10,446 bases of DNA from the NCBI GenBank assembly GCA_964436365.1, contig CAYTDF010000120.1, positions 1-10,446 of the forward strand. The letters run 5' to 3'. Positions 5,929 through 10,446 of the stretch are shown piece by piece. Every line of letters starts with the position of its first letter. Position 1 is the first letter of the stretch. A program made the position numbers and the translations under genes. Under the pieces are notes generated by a model that was not told the origin of the DNA, did no database searches, and saw nothing but the letters and a program-made list of their open reading frames with translations. Source of the DNA: an uncultured bacterium. Its GTDB lineage: Bacteria > Hinthialibacterota > Hinthialibacteria > Hinthialibacterales > G963663365.

Positions 5929-8900
5929 TCAGTCGCTCACCTGCACTTCGAGAAAACCGAGGGCGATACGCGGGTACGTCCGTGCGCATTTCGACAGATG
6001 ATCCCTGTCCAGTCGATAGACGGTAACCGAACCGGCAGCCGAGGCGCTATGGGGACACGTTCGGATTCCCCGAAGGATTTCCTCTCCGAAGCAATCGTAT
6101 TCCCCACACGTCTTCGTATCCCCGTTCACAAGCCGGACTTCTCCCGACTCGATCGCGTAAATGCAGTCGGCCACATCTCCTTCTGCGTAGATTCGTTCAC
6201 CGTCTTGATAGAAATGCGGCCGTGCTCCGGCTCCAAGGGAAAATAGATCCATTGTGGATATTTGGGAGAACAATCGCGTGCGTGCAAGAATCGCGGTCCG
6301 CTGGATCGAATTGCGGAGCGCTGACCGGTCTCCTTCGTGTTGCAAGATCGAAAACACCGTGTCGCGCACCAATGACGAAGCCGCGCCGATCCCGTAACCG
6401 AGGCGCTCCCGTACGCGGGATAACTGGAAATCTTCAGTCGCCGCCGAACCTGCCGGCATCCAACCAGATGCAGCCAACTCCCACTGTGCCTGAGCCGCTG
6501 CGGAGCGCTCCACTTCCACGTGGCTGTCCCAGGCGGCATTCAGGACCTTTTCGGGCGACATTCGGTCCGCCTTGTAATGACGCAAATAGAACGCAATTCG
6601 ATCTTCGATAGCCCGGCCGTCGATAAGAGGCAACAGAAGATTGAACGTCGAGCGGTCTACGGCCTGTTCAAGCGTTTCCATCGCATTGCCACGTGTCTTC
6701 GGACTTTTCGAACGTAGCGAAGTGGCGATCAATTCATGGCTCGGCAGCTGTCCTCCCAGAGCGAGTATCTCAAGAATGAATTCCAAGGTCGTGATCTGTT
6801 CATCCCGGTAGAAGCGCGACAGCACCTCCAATCCGTACGATGGCGTTTCTAATGCTTCGAGCGCGGCATGGTACTGCAACATCTGGTAAGCGCGAGGCAC
6901 TTCGGCTTCGACCAGTTTGGGGACCAGATACTGCAATTGCGCAAACGCCGACCGGGCCACGGCCCGCACAGCGATGGACCGTCCGGCATAAGGATAGGTT
7001 ACATCGCAGAGCACCTGCGCGCAGGCAGGGACGCTCCGCAGCTCCATGCGGGCAATCGCCTGTTGGGCTTTGCGGCGCTCGAAGGGTGAGAAGGACCGGG
7101 CCTTGGAGAGCATAAGAGGGATCGCGTTCGAGTCGCGAATCCGCTCCAGTGCCTGGAATCCGGCGGAGCGCACGGCTTCATCGTCCTCGTCCAAAGCGGA
7201 TAGGATCGTAGGCAAAATACCGGCCGTACTGCTGTCGGCGAGGTCCGCGACAGCGATCTGCGCGGCGCGGCGCACCTCCGGTTCTGGATCGTGCAAGTAC
7301 TTGGTGAGATAGATCGCGTACCGGCTCTGCCCCGTGTGCCCGAGCGATCGGATTCCCGCCACGCGCTCCTTGTCGCCGCCTTCCAGAAGACTGCGGAGAG
7401 CAGTGCTTGCGAGGCAGCCTTGTTCGACGTCCCAGCTATTCCACAGAACCGCCGTCGCCGTCCCCCGGGCTTCCCTGTGCCGCGATTTCAGCATTCGGAG
7501 TGTGATTTCTGTCGGAATCAGATGATAGCGCCCGAGTTCTTGAATCACCGCATTGCTCACGTCGCGCTCGTGATTCATGACCCAGTCGATCAAGATCAGC
7601 AAGACCTCACCGTCGCGCGCGGCCAGCATCTCCGCCAAGACTTCGTAAATACACTCCAATTCCGCCCCACCACCCCGTTCGAGCAATTGCAGCAACATCC
7701 GCACGGCTCGTTTGCGGTCCTTCAGCCAGAGGATACGGCAAGCGGCGACAGCGTTCTCCAGGTCTTCAGATGCTCCCTGCCGCACGAGCGTTTCGATTTC
7801 CGGTTCATCCATATCCTCAAAAATCTCGGCATCCGCTTCCGAGAAATCCAACCATTCTTTCCGAAGGTTGCCGAGCATCGCACCCACATAATGGTGGCGT
7901 AGACACAGGACGATCCCCATGTACACAGCCGTCAAGCCAACGGCGGCGACCGATACTTGCAAGTGATTCCACGATAGGTAACGGTCCAGTACGAGCAAGC
8001 AGAGACCCGCCAACGCGCCGCCCACGGGGTCGCTGACACCTTCGGTAAACGCGCGAACTCTGGCTTTCACGCCCTTCGGCACGGGATTCAGCATGAGATT
8101 GTAATTGTTGTACTCGATGGCTGTCTGTACTCCCTGGAAGGCAAAGAACGCGAAAATGGCCGCGTAAAACATGGGATTCACGTTTCCGTAAACGGCGATG
8201 AAGGCCACGAAGGTGACAATATAGGCGGTCGGTTGAATCAGTGCCGTGTTGCGTACGCCTATCCGCGTAACCAGACGATTGAAAACAATGAAGGTTACCA
8301 CGGTATTAAAGATATTGACGTACATGAACAAGTATCCAAAGAGTTTTGCCAGTTCACGTTCGTCCGTGTAGCGCAGTTCGAATGCGCGCATATACTGAAA
8401 CTCACAGATGTTCGTAATAAACATCAATGAAAAAGAGGAGAGTGTAAAGAAAAGAACGTACTTCGTTTTCCTGTATGCGCGTCCAACAGTGCGTATCTGG
8501 TCCCAGAAGGCACTCGTTTCCTCTTCTTCTTCTGCTTCGATATAGGAAAAGCGTTTCCCGATGCGCCACATCGGCAGGTTCGCGGCCAGCCCGAGTCCCG
8601 CCCAGATCAAATAGAGATTGGAGACCGCCCAACCGTGATCCATGAATGCCGTCACAGCGTAACCGCCTGCGGTAGCGCCCACCATTCCCATACCGCTGAA
8701 TACGGGAAACAGCCGCTTGGCGCTGAGGATGTCGAAATAGGCGTCGACAAAATTCCAATAGATGGTAAAGACACAGATATAGAAAATGCTGGAGTATATC
8801 TTGATGCCGTAGTAATAGAGCCATCCCAGCGGATGCCCTGCCAAAGCCGTCTCATCTATCAGAGCGATACAGACCCCCCCGGCAAAGAGGATGAAGTTTG

Positions 8901-9159
8901 TCACGGTCTGAAGGCGATACACACCGAGCTTCTGCGTCAAATAGGAGACCAGTGGCGCTACCAAAAACATGACTGCGGGCAGGATAAAATAGACGTAGGG
9001 CAGCTTCTGAGAGCCCAGATTGGAGAGAAACAGAGAGTCGGAAGCAGCAAATCCGATGGCCACACCGGCTTGCAGAAGTCCGCCGACGAGTGAGAACAGA
9101 ACGACTTTTCCGCCTTCGCCTTCGTAGACGCGACAGATTCTCATGACAGCCTTTATCAT
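5929..9159 (-). CDS. Fusion protein of an N-terminal 12-TM TLC-family (ATP/ADP translocase / Npt-like, MFS-fold) nucleotide-transporter domain, central HEAT repeats and a C-terminal cyclic-nucleotide-binding domain.
   Basis: The ORF is 1076 aa. Twelve hydrophobic helices are seen in the first ~420 aa. The TLC signature YWNFVDAYFDILSAKRLFPVFSGMGMVGATAGG matches the FWxFANEIxTxEEAKRFYxLxGxGANxG pattern. The acidic 6/7 loop is EAEEEEETS. HEAT/PBS-lyase-like repeats include DPEPEVRRAAQIAVADLADSST...LDEDDEAVRSAGFQALERIRD. The C-terminal CNB domain reads LFSQISTMDLFSLGAGARPHFYQDGERIYAEGDVADCIYAIESGEVRL...GEYDCFGEEILRG...YRLDRDHL. The alternative start at M6 (9142..9144) has a weak AAGG SD. Confidence 0.9.
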   Translation of the reverse strand: MIKAVMRICRVYEGEGGKVVLFSLVGGLLQAGVAIGFAASDSLFLSNLGSQKLPYVYFILPAVMFLVAPLVSYLTQKLGVYRLQTVTNFILFAGGVCIALIDETALAGHPLGWLYYYGIKIYSSIFYICVFTIYWNFVDAYFDILSAKRLFPVFSGMGMVGATAGGYAVTAFMDHGWAVSNLYLIWAGLGLAANLPMWRIGKRFSYIEAEEEEETSAFWDQIRTVGRAYRKTKYVLFFTLSSFSLMFITNICEFQYMRAFELRYTDERELAKLFGYLFMYVNIFNTVVTFIVFNRLVTRIGVRNTALIQPTAYIVTFVAFIAVYGNVNPMFYAAIFAFFAFQGVQTAIEYNNYNLMLNPVPKGVKARVRAFTEGVSDPVGGALAGLCLLVLDRYLSWNHLQVSVAAVGLTAVYMGIVLCLRHHYVGAMLGNLRKEWLDFSEADAEIFEDMDEPEIETLVRQGASEDLENAVAACRILWLKDRKRAVRMLLQLLERGGGAELECIYEVLAEMLAARDGEVLLILIDWVMNHERDVSNAVIQELGRYHLIPTEITLRMLKSRHREARGTATAVLWNSWDVEQGCLASTALRSLLEGGDKERVAGIRSLGHTGQSRYAIYLTKYLHDPEPEVRRAAQIAVADLADSSTAGILPTILSALDEDDEAVRSAGFQALERIRDSNAIPLMLSKARSFSPFERRKAQQAIARMELRSVPACAQVLCDVTYPYAGRSIAVRAVARSAFAQLQYLVPKLVEAEVPRAYQMLQYHAALEALETPSYGLEVLSRFYRDEQITTLEFILEILALGGQLPSHELIATSLRSKSPKTRGNAMETLEQAVDRSTFNLLLPLIDGRAIEDRIAFYLRHYKADRMSPEKVLNAAWDSHVEVERSAAAQAQWELAASGWMPAGSAATEDFQLSRVRERLGYGIGAASSLVRDTVFSILQHEGDRSALRNSIQRTAILARTRLFSQISTMDLFSLGAGARPHFYQDGERIYAEGDVADCIYAIESGEVRLVNGDTKTCGEYDCFGEEILRGIRTCPHSASAAGSVTVYRLDRDHLSKCARTYPRIALGFLEVQVSD

Positions 9160-9205
9160 GGCGTTGAGGGTGATCTCTTCTCAAGAACTTAGGTTAAACG
9201 GCCCG

Positions 9206-9233
9206 ACGGCAAGGACTGTGAAGCCGGACGGCG
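9206..9233 (-). promoter_or_regulatory. Candidate sigma70-like promoter for the four-gene operon: -35 CTTGCC, a 16-nt spacer, then -10 TAAGTT, read on the minus strand.
   Basis: The hexamers were found by eye in the 178-bp gap upstream of the 9159 start. The TAnnnT -10 pattern is satisfied. This is inference only. Confidence 0.2.
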
Positions 9234-9337
9234 AAAAAGAACCACGCAAACACCGCTCCGGAGAGCAACAAGCCACCCGAAAGCAACGGCCGGAGAGCGA
9301 GGTCTTCGCTATGAATGCACGGCACACGAAGTCCCGG

Positions 9338-10177
9338 CTAGAAACTCCATCCCACGCTGATGAGCGCGCAGAACTCGTCATCGGGATTCACAGAATCCTC
9401 AAACGAAAACTGATAGTGGATCGCAGGAGTGACATACATCTGTTTCCACTCGAATGTCGTGGAGACGCCCGCCGTCGCGTGGCTCCACGCCGACGACGAT
9501 CCGTACGCACCGTCGTTGTATACGACTTGTCCGCTCAAGGACAGTGCTTGCTCCTCCTGGTCCGGCAGCAGGGTCGGAATCGGGACATCGTAACCCAAAC
9601 CGAGGTAGTGAAACCAGCCGTTATCGACCGCGTCCGAACTCTGTACGCCGTCCCAATCGTAATAAACTTCGTAAGAGGGAACGAGAGCCGAAGGCCCGAG
9701 CGAAATCAAGTTAGGAAATGAAATACCCAACCAGATTTCCTCAGAATCGCTCCTGCTGTCGATTTTCGGAAAGGAGAAATAAGTGAACCCGGTCGCGGCG
9801 TCGATCGCATAGCGTTCGTCACTGAAAAACGAACACGCGTAACTCGCGAAGTAGTCGAGTTCCGTAAGATCCTCAAAACCACTCGAGGCTGGCCAAGCCC
9901 CCCACACGCCGGCCGAGCCCCCCCAAAAGTCGAAGGTGATGCTGGGCTGAAGGGTAGCGTGGTCGTCAAAGACATCGTAGCCGTGCCACATGTATTTGGT
10001 GGCGTATGTGAAATCGAGCGTCACGCCAAGATCGTGCTCTCCGATTTCAAAGGCTTGTGACGATCTTGTTCCCAATGTGACAGCCGCCAAAGCCGCGATA
10101 GAAACGGCGAGACGTCGCAAACGGCTCTCGTGCAGAATTCCCATGGAAGAGCGTGTGCCTTTCATTATGTTCCTCAC
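9338..10177 (-). CDS. Secreted outer-membrane beta-barrel protein of the TorF/Gcw_chp-like putative porin family.
   Basis: The ORF is 279 aa. The signal peptide is RLRRLAVSIAALAAVTLGTRSSQA|FE. The N-terminal motif LDFTYATKYMWHGYDVFDDHATLQPSITFDFWG resembles the family signature (S/T-DY-x-x-RG-x-x-Q..PA-x-Q-x-x-x-D-Y). Alternating aromatic and small residues suggest beta-strands, and the protein ends on an aromatic residue (..VGWSF), which is typical of OM barrels. The start could equally be M5 (10163..10165, preceded by AGGAAC) or M12 (10142..10144). Confidence 0.75.
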   Translation of the reverse strand: MRNIMKGTRSSMGILHESRLRRLAVSIAALAAVTLGTRSSQAFEIGEHDLGVTLDFTYATKYMWHGYDVFDDHATLQPSITFDFWGGSAGVWGAWPASSGFEDLTELDYFASYACSFFSDERYAIDAATGFTYFSFPKIDSRSDSEEIWLGISFPNLISLGPSALVPSYEVYYDWDGVQSSDAVDNGWFHYLGLGYDVPIPTLLPDQEEQALSLSGQVVYNDGAYGSSSAWSHATAGVSTTFEWKQMYVTPAIHYQFSFEDSVNPDDEFCALISVGWSF

Positions 10178-10227
10178 GTGCGGCCTGGTGTTTTCACCGA
10201 CGAACCTAGACGTTCAGCATCGATACA

Positions 10228-10249
10228 TTATATAGGAATTTACATCAAG
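10228..10249 (-). promoter_or_regulatory. AT-rich promoter-like box upstream of the porin gene: TTGATG then TATAAT on the minus strand, with a non-canonical 10-nt spacing.
   Basis: Minus-strand sequence cttgatgtaaattcctatataatg was seen directly. A perfect TATAAT lies ~50 nt upstream of the ORF start. The -35 assignment is uncertain. Confidence 0.25.
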
Positions 10250-10446
10250 AAAAGCGCTCTGTACAGTGAAGCGTTGTTGAGTCATGTCCGGTGCCCAATG
10301 CCAGGTTTTGCGTCTTTTCGGAGCGGAAAGAAGAGCCGGGCTGCGAAAGAGAAGAGAGATTGATCGACGGCCTTGTACGCCTGCACGGGGCGCGTGACCG
10401 GGGCTAGAGGGCATTGACTTCGCCCGGAGTATGTGCCATAGTTAGT

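Noticed and set aside
7291-7902. A 203-aa plus-strand ORF, with other plus ORFs between 6126 and 9093, antisense to the TLC-HEAT-CNB gene.
   Set aside because: These have the same shadow-ORF character. The opposite strand encodes well-supported TM helices and HEAT/CNB motifs.
9258-9298. A direct repeat of the 9-mer ccggagagc (9258..9266 and 9290..9298) in the porin/operon spacer.
   Set aside because: It occurs only twice and the units are 9 nt long, with no flanking repeat array. This is far too little for a CRISPR or REP element and is probably chance.
8852-9721. ORF-track entries 8852..9184(-), 9143..9721(+) and 9181..9381(-) spanning the spacer between the TLC gene and the porin gene.
   Set aside because: They overlap the well-supported starts and ends of the two real genes, are Arg-rich, and lack signals. 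They are spurious.
1-10446. Mobile elements, CRISPR arrays and rRNA genes.
   Set aside because: No transposase-, integrase- or recombinase-like ORF is present. There are no terminal inverted repeats or regularly spaced direct repeats, and no rRNA-like conserved stretches. Composition is uniform across the window, so there is no sign of a recently acquired island.

Overview
The window is a high-GC (~60%) bacterial chromosomal segment. All seven supportable genes lie on the minus strand and no plus-strand gene is credible. Gene order on the minus strand (right to left in window coordinates) is as follows. (1) A TorF/Gcw_chp-like outer-membrane beta-barrel at 9338..10177. (2) A very large fusion protein at 5929..9159 made of a 12-TM TLC-family (ATP/ADP-translocase-like) nucleotide-transporter domain, HEAT repeats and a C-terminal cyclic-nucleotide-binding (CNB) domain. 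(3) A ~800-aa membrane sensor at 3529..5928 with YVTN-like beta-propeller repeats, a Cache-like module, a TM helix, a HAMP domain and a degenerate SpoIIE/PP2C-like domain. (4) A small stand-alone CNB-domain protein at 3128..3532. (5) A second TM/Cache-like/HAMP/PP2C-like sensor at 1693..3126. Genes 2 to 5 are translationally coupled: the gaps are 0 nt (TGAATG), a 4-nt ATGA overlap and a 1-nt gap. I read them as one operon, which is the most interesting thing here: a candidate cyclic-nucleotide-linked signalling and nucleotide-transport module with pseudo-phosphatase sensors. After an unusual 415-bp non-coding gap comes a prohibitin-family SPFH membrane protein at 230..1276. Finally there is the N-terminus of a secreted protein (1..174) running off the left edge; it is absent from the ORF track. 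No rRNA, tRNA, CRISPR array or mobile element is evident. The many plus-strand ORFs in the track are antisense shadows of the minus-strand genes.
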